Source of the DNA: Alphaproteobacteria bacterium
GTDB lineage: Bacteria > Pseudomonadota > Alphaproteobacteria > Sphingomonadales > Sphingomonadaceae
DNA: 64,000 nt
Assembly: GCA_006226465.1 (NCBI GenBank)
Contig: SBHJ01000262.1
Coordinates: 6,092 to 70,091 of the forward strand
Reading direction: 5' to 3'
Shown here: one piece after another, positions 27,802 to 37,884 of the stretch
Numbering within the stretch: the first letter of the stretch is position 1
How the letters are laid out: every line of letters starts with the position of its first letter
Notes under the pieces: model-generated
What the model saw: the letters and a program-made list of their open reading frames with translations, nothing else
Told to the model about the DNA's origin: nothing
Databases searched by the model: none
Position numbers and translations under genes: made by a program

Positions 27802-28872
27802 ATGGAAATAGTTCCTGTCATTCTATCGGGCGGCGCCGGGACACGCCTCTGGCCGCTGTCGACAAGCCAGACTCCGAAGCAGTTCCTTCCCCTGCTGGGT
27901 TCGCATAGCTTGTTGCAGCAGACCATAATTCGCATGCGTCGCGCAGATATCGTCAATGATCCGATCCTGGTCACGAACGTCATCCATGGCGATCAGCTTG
28001 ATGATCAGCTGAAGGAAGTAGGTTGCGCGCCTTTCCGGCTTATACGCGAGCCGGCAGGGCGCAACACGGCCCCAGCTATCGCATTGGCGGCGCTTGAGGC
28101 GCCGACGTCGGAGACTTTGCTGCTGGTGCTGCCAAGTGACCATGTCATCAAGGATGCAACTGCCTTTGGCGAGGCGATACGACAAGCCGTACCGCATGCC
28201 GAGAAAGGGTGGCTGGTCACATTCGGGGTTCGACCGGAGTATCCGGAGACTGGATATGGCTACATCCGCGCTGGAGCGGACATCTCCGCCGGCGTGCAAG
28301 AGGTCGAGGCTTTTGTCGAAAAGCCGGATGCCGTCGATGCCGCGATAATGATCGCCGAAGGGGGGCATTTCTGGAATGCTGGCATTTTTCTGTTTCGGGC
28401 TGATGCGCTGCTTGGAGCGATGCGCACACATGCGTCCGACATTCTGGAAGCGACCGTGAAGGCGCGCGCCCTGGGACATCGCCATGGCTTTATAGTAGAA
28501 CCTGAGCCAATCGCCTTTTCCGACGTCCCTGCGAAATCGATCGACTATGCTGTGATGGAAAAAGCCGCCAAGGTAGCGGTTGTCCCAGTCAGCATGGGTT
28601 GGTCGGATCTCGGTAGCTGGGACATGGTTCATGCCGTTGGTGAACGCGATGCGGCGGAGAATGTGGTCGATGGCGATGTAACCGCGATCGACAGCCGTAA
28701 TTGTCTATTAAGGACCACCGGCACCCGTATCGCAACAATTGGGGTGTCCGACCTCATTGTCATCGTCACCGCAGATGCGGTGTTGATCGCTCCTCGCGGA
28801 CAATCGCAGGACGTACGTCGGCTTGCCGAGCAGGCGGGAACCACGCCCAAAGCCGTCGAGAACGACCGGTAA
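27802..28872 (+). CDS. manC: Mannose-1-phosphate guanylyltransferase (no C-terminal PMI domain)
   Basis: ILSGGAGTRLWPLS, PKQF, EPAGRNTAPA, PETGYGYI, SIDYAVMEK, WSDLGSW. Confidence 0.95.
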   Translation: MEIVPVILSGGAGTRLWPLSTSQTPKQFLPLLGSHSLLQQTIIRMRRADIVNDPILVTNVIHGDQLDDQLKEVGCAPFRLIREPAGRNTAPAIALAALEAPTSETLLLVLPSDHVIKDATAFGEAIRQAVPHAEKGWLVTFGVRPEYPETGYGYIRAGADISAGVQEVEAFVEKPDAVDAAIMIAEGGHFWNAGIFLFRADALLGAMRTHASDILEATVKARALGHRHGFIVEPEPIAFSDVPAKSIDYAVMEKAAKVAVVPVSMGWSDLGSWDMVHAVGERDAAENVVDGDVTAIDSRNCLLRTTGTRIATIGVSDLIVIVTADAVLIAPRGQSQDVRRLAEQAGTTPKAVENDR

Positions 28873-28904
28873 ACCCGTTGCATGATCAGTGGGAGCCAAG
28901 ACCG

Positions 28905-29723
28905 ATGCTGAGGGAAATGTGTGTCGAGAGCGGCGAGATCAGAGCTGCCTCGATCGCGAGGCGCGGCTCGGCCGAATTGCTGACTCCACGCTATGTTCCC
29001 AAACCCTGGGGACGTAGAACCTCTTCACACGGTATGTCCGATGACGCATGGCCTCTGGGAGAAATTGTCCACGAGGCGCCTGATCTCGGCCTCACGATCA
29101 AATGGCTGCAAACGAGCGAGCCACTGTCCGTGCAGGTGCATCCGCAAGGCAAGGATGGCAAGGACGAGTGGTGGTATGTCGTCGAGGCTCAGGACGGGGC
29201 CTATATTGATATTGGTCTGAAGGCGCCGGCGACGCGCTCCAAGCTTTTCGAGGCGGCTCATGACGGAAGCTTGCCGTCGCTGCTCAATCGCATCGCCCCG
29301 AAACCCGGCGACTCATATTTTATTCGGGCCGGCACGATTCACGCGCTTGGCCCGGGGCTGATCGTCTTGGAAGTGCAGGAAGCAAGCGACGTTACCTATC
29401 GCCTGTTCGATTACGGACGTGATCGCGAACTACATCTCAACCAGGGTCTGTTCGAGGCAAGAACTGGTGGGGCGGTCGAGTGTCTGCCATCCGACGATAG
29501 CTCGTTCACCGTTTCACAAATCGATATCGAAAGCGATGCCCGTATCGTTATGGCCCCTGAACGGGCATGTTTGGTCGTGCTGTCCGGCGAAGGGGAGATT
29601 GACGGCCAATCGTTCGCTGCAAATCAATGCTGGTGCACGCATGGTCCGATAACGCTTTGCGCCAAGAAGCGGACTCACCTAGTTGTGGTGGAATCTAGAG
29701 TGACAATCGAAAATAAGGGTTGA
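28905..29723 (+). CDS. manA: Class I mannose-6-phosphate isomerase
   Basis: PKPWG, LSVQVHP, GKDEWWYV, AGTIHA, EVQEASDVTYRLFDYGR. Start uncertain. Confidence 0.9.
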   Translation: MLREMCVESGEIRAASIARRGSAELLTPRYVPKPWGRRTSSHGMSDDAWPLGEIVHEAPDLGLTIKWLQTSEPLSVQVHPQGKDGKDEWWYVVEAQDGAYIDIGLKAPATRSKLFEAAHDGSLPSLLNRIAPKPGDSYFIRAGTIHALGPGLIVLEVQEASDVTYRLFDYGRDRELHLNQGLFEARTGGAVECLPSDDSSFTVSQIDIESDARIVMAPERACLVVLSGEGEIDGQSFAANQCWCTHGPITLCAKKRTHLVVVESRVTIENKG

Positions 29724-29972
29724 GCTAATGCAATTGACGCTTACGTTCAGCGCCTAAATGGGAATGTCTGATCACTTCTATTCCCACCCATAGTTGCGTT
29801 CGTACACGCGCAAAAGAGCGTTGCACACTATCCCGTGTGGCCCTAGCTGTTTAGCAAGTGCTTCGGGGCCGGCGTTTTCAGCATCCAGTTTCAACAGGGC
29901 GTTAGTTCTTGGAACTAGAATTGGGAAAACATCTTCACCTCTCAACCTAGCGGTAGTTCTGACGTGCTTCGC

Positions 29973-30830
29973 TTAAGGCCTCGTGGCTAACACGTAGACC
30001 ATTTTGTCTCCGATTGCCTCCACCAACTCTTCGGGACCGCATGGCGGCAACAGGCCGGTCGGGGGCAACATCTGCAAATGGAAATCGTGCCCAGAGAGTT
30101 GATTGAGAAGTGCGGTTGGTGAGATTGAGCGCGAGATAGACGGCGCATAATATTCAAAAATTATCGTTTGAAGACGACGGTCGGACAGGATGCGATGGGC
30201 GCCTTCGAATACGAGGGGTTCCGATCCTTCAACATCAACCTTCAGCACATTTGGAGAAGTCTGCAAAGAGAGCAGGCTGTCCAGCGAAGCACATCCAACG
30301 GTGATTTTATTATGGGTTTCAGAAGAGTCCGGCCCAGCTTCCAGAATCGTTCCGCCACCGCTGAATTTGTTGTCATATGTGAGCGTGGCCTGCTCCATCC
30401 CACCTGATACGGCCAATGGTGACAGTTCCACGATCTCATGCAGTCCGTTCACGAGGACCGAGCGGTTCAGCAGGTCAAAAAGGCGTGGATTGCATTCGAA
30501 CGCGAAAACCCTCCCTCTGGCTCCGACTGCGCTGGCCCCTATCAAGGTATAGTAACCGAAGTTCGCGCCTATATCGCAGAATGTCATTCCAGGCTTTAAC
30601 GCTTTTACCAGGACACGCTCGACCCAAGGCTCCCAGCGCCCGTCCATCATCAAATGAGAAGCGATGCCTATATCGCGGGTATCTACGTATATTTTATGGC
30701 CTGTATGCAAACGCGTGAGCGCGATATAGTCGCCCAGGTAGGCCGTTGATTGTGACCAGGCAGAATGTCGGCGACGGCTCCGCTGGATGCCAGCTACTGC
30801 GGATCTGAAAGTGCGTAGCCACTGGCTCAT
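29973..30830 (-). CDS. FkbM-family SAM methyltransferase
   Basis: DIGANFGYY, VFAFECNP, LKVDVEGSE. Confidence 0.9.
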   Translation of the reverse strand: MSQWLRTFRSAVAGIQRSRRRHSAWSQSTAYLGDYIALTRLHTGHKIYVDTRDIGIASHLMMDGRWEPWVERVLVKALKPGMTFCDIGANFGYYTLIGASAVGARGRVFAFECNPRLFDLLNRSVLVNGLHEIVELSPLAVSGGMEQATLTYDNKFSGGGTILEAGPDSSETHNKITVGCASLDSLLSLQTSPNVLKVDVEGSEPLVFEGAHRILSDRRLQTIIFEYYAPSISRSISPTALLNQLSGHDFHLQMLPPTGLLPPCGPEELVEAIGDKMVYVLATRP

Positions 30831-30909
30831 AGGTAAGCGAAGCCCTCAGGGCTGGCAATTACCAGCGCAGATCTAATGGATGAAAATCCCCACTGGCTAC
30901 AAAGGCCCA

Positions 30910-31350
30910 CTAGTGAGCAAGCCATGCGACCGCAGCTCCTAGAGGGATCGTCCACCAGGTCCAGATAAACCCTTGGAAAAGACCTTTCTGCATAGGTCCA
31001 AAGCGGAGATTGGGATCTATTTTCCCCGGTTTTTCCGACACTCGACGCAACGGGGGGATTAACCAGATAACAGTGTTCAGCATTATTCCGCCCATCGCCA
31101 TGAAAGGAATGATGCTCGGGAACACCAGCAGCACCCAGAATTCTTTGATCGGCCCTCTTAAGACGATACGCGCCTCCTCAGGGTGGGAGAGTTGATTATG
31201 CCAATTAAGCAAAGCGACGAGATAGTAAAATTCTAGAACCAATCCTATCGCGCCCATTGTAAGCCCGCAGATCATCCCCCACCAACCGCGCAATGCTGCA
31301 CGCTTTTGTGCAACCGCAACATAGGGCGCATGGCGTTTCCGGCTTGTCAT
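30910..31350 (-). CDS. Hypothetical membrane protein (about three TM)
   Basis: 146 aa with hydrophobic segments; co-oriented downstream of ompH. Confidence 0.6.
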   Translation of the reverse strand: MTSRKRHAPYVAVAQKRAALRGWWGMICGLTMGAIGLVLEFYYLVALLNWHNQLSHPEEARIVLRGPIKEFWVLLVFPSIIPFMAMGGIMLNTVIWLIPPLRRVSEKPGKIDPNLRFGPMQKGLFQGFIWTWWTIPLGAAVAWLAH

Positions 31351-31415
31351 GGCCTTACGTTCCCCTGCCCTTTGTCACGGCCGAGTAGCTGTGCCGACGC
31401 AAGGATGGGCACATT

Positions 31416-31997
31416 TTATGGTTGCTGCTCCGGCAGTCGCTCGCGCTCGAACGTGATCGTCTGAATCTTGGCGTCGAGCCCTTTGAGGACATCCGCAGTC
31501 AAATCGTTGGCGAAATTACCGCCAAGCGTCACGCTCCGGTCGAGGAGAAGTCCGCATTTCTTGTTCGTATACGCCTGGGAGATTACGGGCTGCACCTCAG
31601 TCAAAATCCGCTCCATGGCCTTGGCACGGGTTGCTTCAATTTCACGACTGTTGTGAGCAGCCTTGCGCTGAAGCGCCGTCCAACGGGTGGCAAGTGCGTC
31701 GCGCTTCTGTTTGGTCTGCGCGTTGTCTGGCTGGCCTTCCAGCGATTTGACCTCTGTTTCCAAAGGCGTTCGTTGCTGGTCGATTTCCGACTGCGCTGTC
31801 CTCGCCAGTTCGGCAAGGCGTGTGGTGGCTGCCTTCGCGACAGCTGCGTTCGCAAAAATCGCTTCCCGCGACAACAGGCAAACACCTGGGATTACCGGCC
31901 CGCCAAGTCCTGGCGCCGGCGAAGCCGTCTGTGCTGCGAGTGATACGGGAGCCGCACCAGCAGCAAGAATGGCGAGAAAAATGGAAAAGCGTGACAT
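31416..31997 (-). CDS. OmpH/Skp-family periplasmic chaperone
   Basis: Signal peptide, long coiled coil, CGLLLDRS...DLTADVLKGLD C-terminus. Confidence 0.82.
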   Translation of the reverse strand: MSRFSIFLAILAAGAAPVSLAAQTASPAPGLGGPVIPGVCLLSREAIFANAAVAKAATTRLAELARTAQSEIDQQRTPLETEVKSLEGQPDNAQTKQKRDALATRWTALQRKAAHNSREIEATRAKAMERILTEVQPVISQAYTNKKCGLLLDRSVTLGGNFANDLTADVLKGLDAKIQTITFERERLPEQQP

Positions 31998-31999
31998 TA

Positions 32000-32785
32000 T
32001 CAGTCCTTCTCATGCAATGGAGGTTCATCGCCAACAGTCGGCGGAACCGCCTCTTTTGGTTCTGTAAACCTGCGCGACAACAGCTCTGGAAACAGGTCGA
32101 TCGAGTTTAGGTGCTGCGTGATAAGTCCCAGCCACCCGCGGGGATGCCACTCCGCCACTGTTGGTCCGTCGAGGGCCATAAAACGCTCAGGGTCGACAAC
32201 TTTGAAGCCGTCGCGCGCAATATTGCGTCCATCGGGCAGAGCGTATTCGATACGCCGCTCGACGAGCAGATCACGACCTTCGAGCGCTCGCATGAAAGCG
32301 ATGGTGGCTTCGGCTTCACCGCGAAAAGCCTCGCAGAAGGCCAGTGCGCGCTCCGTGACCATCGTGGGACGGCCATGCTCGAATAGAGGCTGACCGTCTT
32401 CTTCGCCGAGGCCGTCACATTCAGAGTCGATGCAGAGAATGTAGCGATCGCTGTCTTCGATACGAAGGAACCCGAATGGATATCGCCGGGCGTAGGCCGG
32501 TATGTAAATCCCTTTCGCCCAGTCCCCTGCTTCGAGGAATACATTGCGTCCTTCGATGCCCAGGATTGCGTGCGGGGTAGAATCGGAGCTGGCGAAAACT
32601 ATGGGATAGTGCCGCGAGGCTCGAGCAAATTCGCTCACCACGATGGGAATCGACGATGTTTCGGCGGTGAAGGAATAGTCGCATTCTTTGAGTCGCAGCG
32701 TCGAATGGAGAGCCGCGTCAAGCGGCCGCAGAGACCGGTAGAACAGCGGCAGGGTTGGCGGGGTACTCGTTTCGGATACGGCCAT
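32000..32785 (-). CDS. sapC: SapC-family protein
   Basis: PLDAALH, SEFARASRHYPIVF, YIPAYARRYPF, LFEHG.PT, GFKVVD, HLNS. Confidence 0.88.
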   Translation of the reverse strand: MAVSETSTPPTLPLFYRSLRPLDAALHSTLRLKECDYSFTAETSSIPIVVSEFARASRHYPIVFASSDSTPHAILGIEGRNVFLEAGDWAKGIYIPAYARRYPFGFLRIEDSDRYILCIDSECDGLGEEDGQPLFEHGRPTMVTERALAFCEAFRGEAEATIAFMRALEGRDLLVERRIEYALPDGRNIARDGFKVVDPERFMALDGPTVAEWHPRGWLGLITQHLNSIDLFPELLSRRFTEPKEAVPPTVGDEPPLHEKD

Positions 32786-33039
32786 GGCTGGTCTCTCGAT
32801 TCGCTCTGCGCAGGCAGCGAAAATTCACTGCCCGTTGGTCCCGTTTCTATTGCCTCGATCAATCGCTAACGATTACGGATTCCCGCAATTTTATCGGCGA
32901 CGCATTTTGGCGACACTCTGCCCTGCACATATGGACGTGCGCATCAAACAGGGTGGGCGGAGCAATTCTGGGCAGTGAGAGCATTGCGGGTTTCGGACGA
33001 TACCGAAGATGGCGCGGCCCTGGGTTGGGTTGTCGGCCA

Positions 33040-34572
33040 GTGCTGCGCATGCCCCCCTTCCCTGCTTCCAAGCCCATCGGACAGCCCCTGTTGCGGAAGT
33101 CTGTAGGCTTGATCCCGCCGAATTTGCAGGCGATTGATATCGAAGAAATCGCCGAGCAAATTACGAGATCGCGCATAGGAGGGCATTTTTGGAAGCTCCC
33201 GCGAACGCCGCAAATGAGATCGGGTCCATTTGTTGTATCCGCGCAGGCTTCCGTCGCGTTTGACCCTTGGCCAACGATTGAAGCAAATCCGTCGATTGTA
33301 GCGCACTGTGACGATGAGATCGCATTGCTTGCGGCTGCGGCCGGACGTTCGGTTCTCCGCTCTGGTGACCACCATTTATATTCACGCGCCGATCTCTTGC
33401 GCAGGCTCAGCGCTCACATTTCCGCGTTCGACTATTTCGATCCGTGGAATGGGCAGCCCATATCCATACCGGACTGGATTGATATTCTCGCGGACTGGCG
33501 GCGTACTATCGATCGAAATCGCGAAATCTCGGTCGTCTGTGGTATTGCAGCGTGGAAGCGCTCTGCTCTCGCGAAGCATCTCTGGTGCGGTGAGGCTCCG
33601 AAATTCTCAAAAAGACCTCCTGAAAGCCCCTCCCCATCCGGAAAGGCGGTCGCCGTCTGGCCTTCTCGTGTGTCACGAGCGGATCGCAAGCGGGTCCGTG
33701 TGCAAGATGGTCGGCTCGTCCAGATCGAAGACGGTTTCATCCGGTCGGCCGGACTTGGAGCGCGACTGGTTCCACCGTGCTCCATCGTGGTCGACTGGTC
33801 GGGCATCTACTATGATCCGCGCGAACCAAGCGATCTTGAACGTCTTCTTGCAGACGCCGAGTTCGGCCCGGATCTATGCCGACGGGCCGCAAACCTGATC
33901 CGCTTCGTCACGCGGCACGGCATTACAAAATATGGCGGTGAGCGTGGCACTTTGCTCGGCTTGATGGGTGCCAGGCGCAAGGTACTCGTTGCTGGACAGG
34001 TGGCCGATGACCGGAGTGTCCGGCTCGGACATGCGGATGTCGCCAACCCACTCGACCTTTTGCGCCGCGTTCGTGAGATCGAACCGGATGCCTACATCAT
34101 CTTCAAGCCACATCCAGATGTGGTCGCCGGGTTGAGACCTGGGGACGTTCCCATGATCGAGGCCGGGCGCTATGTCGATCTGGTTCTGCCGGATACGCCC
34201 ATCGATGCACTGCTTAACGATGTGGACGCAGTTCATGTCCTGACATCATTGACAGGGTTCGAGGCTCTGCTTCGGGGCCGAGAAGTGATCACCCACGGGC
34301 AGCCATTTTACGCCGGCTGGGGCCTGACACGCGATCTTGCCGCGCCTATTGCTCGTCGTAATCGGCTGCTCACGCTCGAACAACTCGTTGCCGCGACTCT
34401 GATACTCTACCCACGCTACGTCGATCCGGTGACTCGGCTCCCCTGCCCGCCCGAAGTTCTTACGCAACGCCTTTCGGTGGGCATGATGCCCAAGTCCGGC
34501 TTCCTTCAGACGCTTCGTTCGATGCAGGGGCAATTCAACCTCGTTCGTCGGCAACGGGCCAAAGCCCTATGA
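33040..34572 (+). CDS. kpsC: Capsule beta-Kdo transferase KpsC (first domain degenerate)
   Basis: EDGFIRSAGLGA, GIYYDP, GQVADD.S, KPHPDV, TSLTGFEALLRG, PFYAGWGLT. Start uncertain (33025-33049). Confidence 0.9.
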   Translation: MLRMPPFPASKPIGQPLLRKSVGLIPPNLQAIDIEEIAEQITRSRIGGHFWKLPRTPQMRSGPFVVSAQASVAFDPWPTIEANPSIVAHCDDEIALLAAAAGRSVLRSGDHHLYSRADLLRRLSAHISAFDYFDPWNGQPISIPDWIDILADWRRTIDRNREISVVCGIAAWKRSALAKHLWCGEAPKFSKRPPESPSPSGKAVAVWPSRVSRADRKRVRVQDGRLVQIEDGFIRSAGLGARLVPPCSIVVDWSGIYYDPREPSDLERLLADAEFGPDLCRRAANLIRFVTRHGITKYGGERGTLLGLMGARRKVLVAGQVADDRSVRLGHADVANPLDLLRRVREIEPDAYIIFKPHPDVVAGLRPGDVPMIEAGRYVDLVLPDTPIDALLNDVDAVHVLTSLTGFEALLRGREVITHGQPFYAGWGLTRDLAAPIARRNRLLTLEQLVAATLILYPRYVDPVTRLPCPPEVLTQRLSVGMMPKSGFLQTLRSMQGQFNLVRRQRAKAL

Positions 34573-35807
34573 TGCCACGATCCTTTCTCTTCCTGCAGGG
34601 TCCGCCTGGTCCCTTCTTCAAGCAGCTTGCCACTGGCCTGCGCGCACGTGGGCATCGTTGCCACCGCATCAATTTGAACGGTGGAGACTGGTATGATTGG
34701 CGAGGGTCATCCGACAATTTCAGTGGCACGCTCGATAGTTGGCCGGGTTACCTTCACGAGGTGATTGCGCACCATGAGGTGACCGACATCGTCCTGTTTG
34801 GCGACTGTCGCCACTATCATCTCAGCGCACGGGTGTGTGCAATCCGCCGAGGGATCCTCGTTCATGTCTTTGAGGAAGGATATATCCGCCCGGACTGGGT
34901 TACACTTGAGCGAGACGGTGTGAATGGCAATTCAAATCTGCCACGCGATCCGGAAGCCTATGTCGGCCTGGCAAAGCAGTTGCCGCCTGTTCCCAGTCAT
35001 AAACCGGTTCCCCCCAATTTTCGGCAACGTGCGACTGAAGCCGTAGCCTATTTCCTCGCCAGCCTGCTGTTGGCGCCACGCTACCCCAATTATCGGTCGC
35101 ACCGGCCTTACCCGGTTCTCTCGGAACTGCGCGGCTGGATCGCTCGCATGATGGCGCGGCCAGTAGCCTGTTGGCGGTCGAGAAAGGCTTTAGCCAACCT
35201 CGGATCGCGCCCCTACTTCCTCGTGCCTCTTCAACTGGACTCCGACCACCAGATCCGCATTCATTCCCCGTTTTCTGGGATGAAGGCTGCACTTGGGTCC
35301 ATCTTGCAGTCCTTCGCAGCGCACGCACCTGGGGACGTTATTCTTCTCGTGAAAGAGCATCCCCTCGACAATGGCCTTCAGGCTTGGCGTCGGATCGTGG
35401 CGGACTTGGCACGGGAACATGGAGTCGCCGATCGGATATTGTTTATTGCTGAGGGCGATCTTTACACGATTGTCGATCAGGCCGCCGGTGTGGTGACCGT
35501 GAACAGCACGACTGGAACACTGGCCCTTAGCTCCGGTATACCGGTCATTGTGCTGGGCAAGGCCATCTATGATCTGCCCGGTGTTACCCACCAGCAGTCG
35601 CTCGATGACTTTTGGACGGGACCAACAGCCCCCTCCAGGAACGTCTACGATGCCTTTTGCCGTGTCATTGTCGCGCGCTGCCTACTTCATGGCGGTTTCA
35701 GCAACGCAAAAGCACGTTCACTGCTGCTTCCCGAAGCGATTGCGCGCCTTGGCGGAGAGCACGAGGCGCATCTGGCCGTCACACCTTGCAAAAAGGTGGC
35801 GGCATGA
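34569..35807 (+). CDS. kpsS: Capsule beta-Kdo transferase KpsS
   Basis: FLFLQGP.GPFF, FGDCR, EEGYIRP, PLQLDSD.QI, KEHP, VNSTTG. Confidence 0.92.
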   Translation: MMPRSFLFLQGPPGPFFKQLATGLRARGHRCHRINLNGGDWYDWRGSSDNFSGTLDSWPGYLHEVIAHHEVTDIVLFGDCRHYHLSARVCAIRRGILVHVFEEGYIRPDWVTLERDGVNGNSNLPRDPEAYVGLAKQLPPVPSHKPVPPNFRQRATEAVAYFLASLLLAPRYPNYRSHRPYPVLSELRGWIARMMARPVACWRSRKALANLGSRPYFLVPLQLDSDHQIRIHSPFSGMKAALGSILQSFAAHAPGDVILLVKEHPLDNGLQAWRRIVADLAREHGVADRILFIAEGDLYTIVDQAAGVVTVNSTTGTLALSSGIPVIVLGKAIYDLPGVTHQQSLDDFWTGPTAPSRNVYDAFCRVIVARCLLHGGFSNAKARSLLLPEAIARLGGEHEAHLAVTPCKKVAA

Positions 35808-37075
35808 AGATGATCGACGAAACCTTGGATGGCGGTGGCGGGCGCTTTGTCCAAAATATCGGTTTGCGGAAAATCCGCCCCGAACTCGTTCTCGACCTAT
35901 CACGGCTGATATCCCGTATTCTGCATCCCGCTCCAACGGGCGTGGATCGAGTCGAAATGGCCTATGCGCGCGGACTGCTCGACCGGGCCGGCCACCGAAC
36001 GGCTTTTGCGGCTGTTCATCCGAGCGGCGTCTATGGCCGGCTTTGCGGCGAAAAGGTCCGCGCGTTCATCGATCACACCGTTCAGCGTTGGGAACGCTAT
36101 GGCACCTATGAGAATCCGGTCGAGTGCTATCACCAAGCGTTGCGGTGGCTGTGGCACCTGAGGCCAGGGGCGGTTCCAGGCAGAACTGGAAATCGAGTTC
36201 TGATTCAGCCCTCGCCCAACCACCTCGATCGCCCACGCCGGATGGCAGCAAAAATCCGGCGTGAGCAGTCCCGCTTCATATGCCTCGTCCATGATGTGAT
36301 ACCCGTCAGTCATCCCGAATATGCGAGGCCAGGTGGTGGCGATTGTCATCAGCGTCGACTGAACACGATTGTAGCCCAAGCAGACGGTGTTCTGGTCAAC
36401 TCGCAGGCGACGTTTCATGCGTTCATGCAACGTAGCGGCATGGCGTTTGCAGGTAAGCCGGTTCGCGTCGCGCCGCTCGGCGTGGAGCCTGTGCCTCGCG
36501 TGCCGGCTCCCATGCCCTCTGCGCGTCCATATTTCGTAATCCTTGGCACGATCGAACCAAGAAAGAACCATCTGCTGCTGCTCTGGATCTGGCGCGACTT
36601 ATGCGAGCGCCTAGGGCCGGCGGGCGTCCCGCAGCTTCTGATCATTGGGCGTCGCGGCTGGGAAAACGAGAATGTGATCGATATGCTTGATCGCTGTGCG
36701 GTCCTGCATGGTGTGGTGCGAGAGCTTGACCGTCTTCCCGACCAGGAACTGCGAGCAATTCTTGCCGGAGCTCAAGCACTCCTGATGCCATCCTTTGCAG
36801 AGGGCTTCGGGCTTCCTATCGCAGAGGCGCTAGCTGCCGGCATTCCGGTGATCGCAAGCGATCTTGCCGTTCATCGCGAGACTGGCGGTGACGTTCCGGA
36901 CTATATCGATCCCCTCGATGGTCCGGCTTGGAAGCAGGCGGTGTTGGCCTATGCTGACCCCGGCCACGCTCGCCGGCGTGCGCAGATCGATCGGATGGCG
37001 GCCTGGTCACCGACGCCATGGGACTCCCACATCGATGCTGTCCTGAATCTCGCCGATGAGGTGGTCGCATGCTGA
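35804..37075 (+). CDS. GT4 glycosyltransferase
   Basis: PTGVDRVE, HDVIP, GTIEPRKNH, PSFAEGFGLPIAEA. Confidence 0.92.
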   Translation: MKMIDETLDGGGGRFVQNIGLRKIRPELVLDLSRLISRILHPAPTGVDRVEMAYARGLLDRAGHRTAFAAVHPSGVYGRLCGEKVRAFIDHTVQRWERYGTYENPVECYHQALRWLWHLRPGAVPGRTGNRVLIQPSPNHLDRPRRMAAKIRREQSRFICLVHDVIPVSHPEYARPGGGDCHQRRLNTIVAQADGVLVNSQATFHAFMQRSGMAFAGKPVRVAPLGVEPVPRVPAPMPSARPYFVILGTIEPRKNHLLLLWIWRDLCERLGPAGVPQLLIIGRRGWENENVIDMLDRCAVLHGVVRELDRLPDQELRAILAGAQALLMPSFAEGFGLPIAEALAAGIPVIASDLAVHRETGGDVPDYIDPLDGPAWKQAVLAYADPGHARRRAQIDRMAAWSPTPWDSHIDAVLNLADEVVAC

Positions 37076-37884
37076 ACACAAGACCGACGCGGCGCTTTCG
37101 CTCCAGCACGCTGGATGGATTTGACGTGCAGCGTCACGTGATCGGGGCGCTACTCATTCGAGAGCTTCACACACGTTATGGACGTGACAACATTGGCTCA
37201 ATGTGGATGTTTCTTGAACCGCTTCTGCTCGCCGTAGCAGTCGCGTTTCTACATGCAAATGGCGGAAATGGGCATCCTGGCTCGGACATCCGCATCATTC
37301 CCTTCGCACTTACCGGTTACACGGTTTTCATGATCTTCCGCTCGATCGTAACACGGGCGGAATCCGCGCTCGAAGCCAACAGGCCTTTGCTCTTCCATCA
37401 CATGGTCACAATTTTCGACCTGCTTTTTTCCCGTGCCTTGCTTGAACTGATCGCAACGGCAGGGGCGCTAGCATTGCTGTTCAGTCTCGCCGTCGCGACT
37501 GGATTAGCAGAACCGCCGGGACGTCCGCTCAGACTGATGTCAGCCATTGTGCTGCTTGCCTGGTTCGCTTTCGCACTCTCAATGGGTATCGCGACGGGCG
37601 TTCATTTCAGCAAAGCGTTCAGCAAGTTCGTCCATCCGGCGACATATATCGCCATGCCTCTTTCAGGCGCTTTTTTTCTTCTGGAGTGGATACCTCAACC
37701 GTATCGGACATGGTTGAGTTGGTCACCGCTCAATCAGATTTTCGAGATGGTGCATAGCGGCGTCTTCAAGAGCTACGACAGCCCCTATTTCGATCCGCTT
37801 TACATCATTGGCTGGTGCATGGTCCTGACCGTGCTCGGCTTCCTTCTTCTGCGCGTTCTTCGCCGTCACCTCCACTTGAGCTGA
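37069..37884 (+). CDS. kpsM: Capsule ABC transporter permease KpsM
   Basis: ALLIRELHTRYGRDNIG..W.FLEP, six TM, SGAFF. Confidence 0.92.
   Translation: MLNTRPTRRFRSSTLDGFDVQRHVIGALLIRELHTRYGRDNIGSMWMFLEPLLLAVAVAFLHANGGNGHPGSDIRIIPFALTGYTVFMIFRSIVTRAESALEANRPLLFHHMVTIFDLLFSRALLELIATAGALALLFSLAVATGLAEPPGRPLRLMSAIVLLAWFAFALSMGIATGVHFSKAFSKFVHPATYIAMPLSGAFFLLEWIPQPYRTWLSWSPLNQIFEMVHSGVFKSYDSPYFDPLYIIGWCMVLTVLGFLLLRVLRRHLHLS

Noticed and set aside
32755-33024. N-terminal extension of kpsC
   Set aside because: Overlaps the divergent sapC start and the probable shared promoter region; not KpsC-like.
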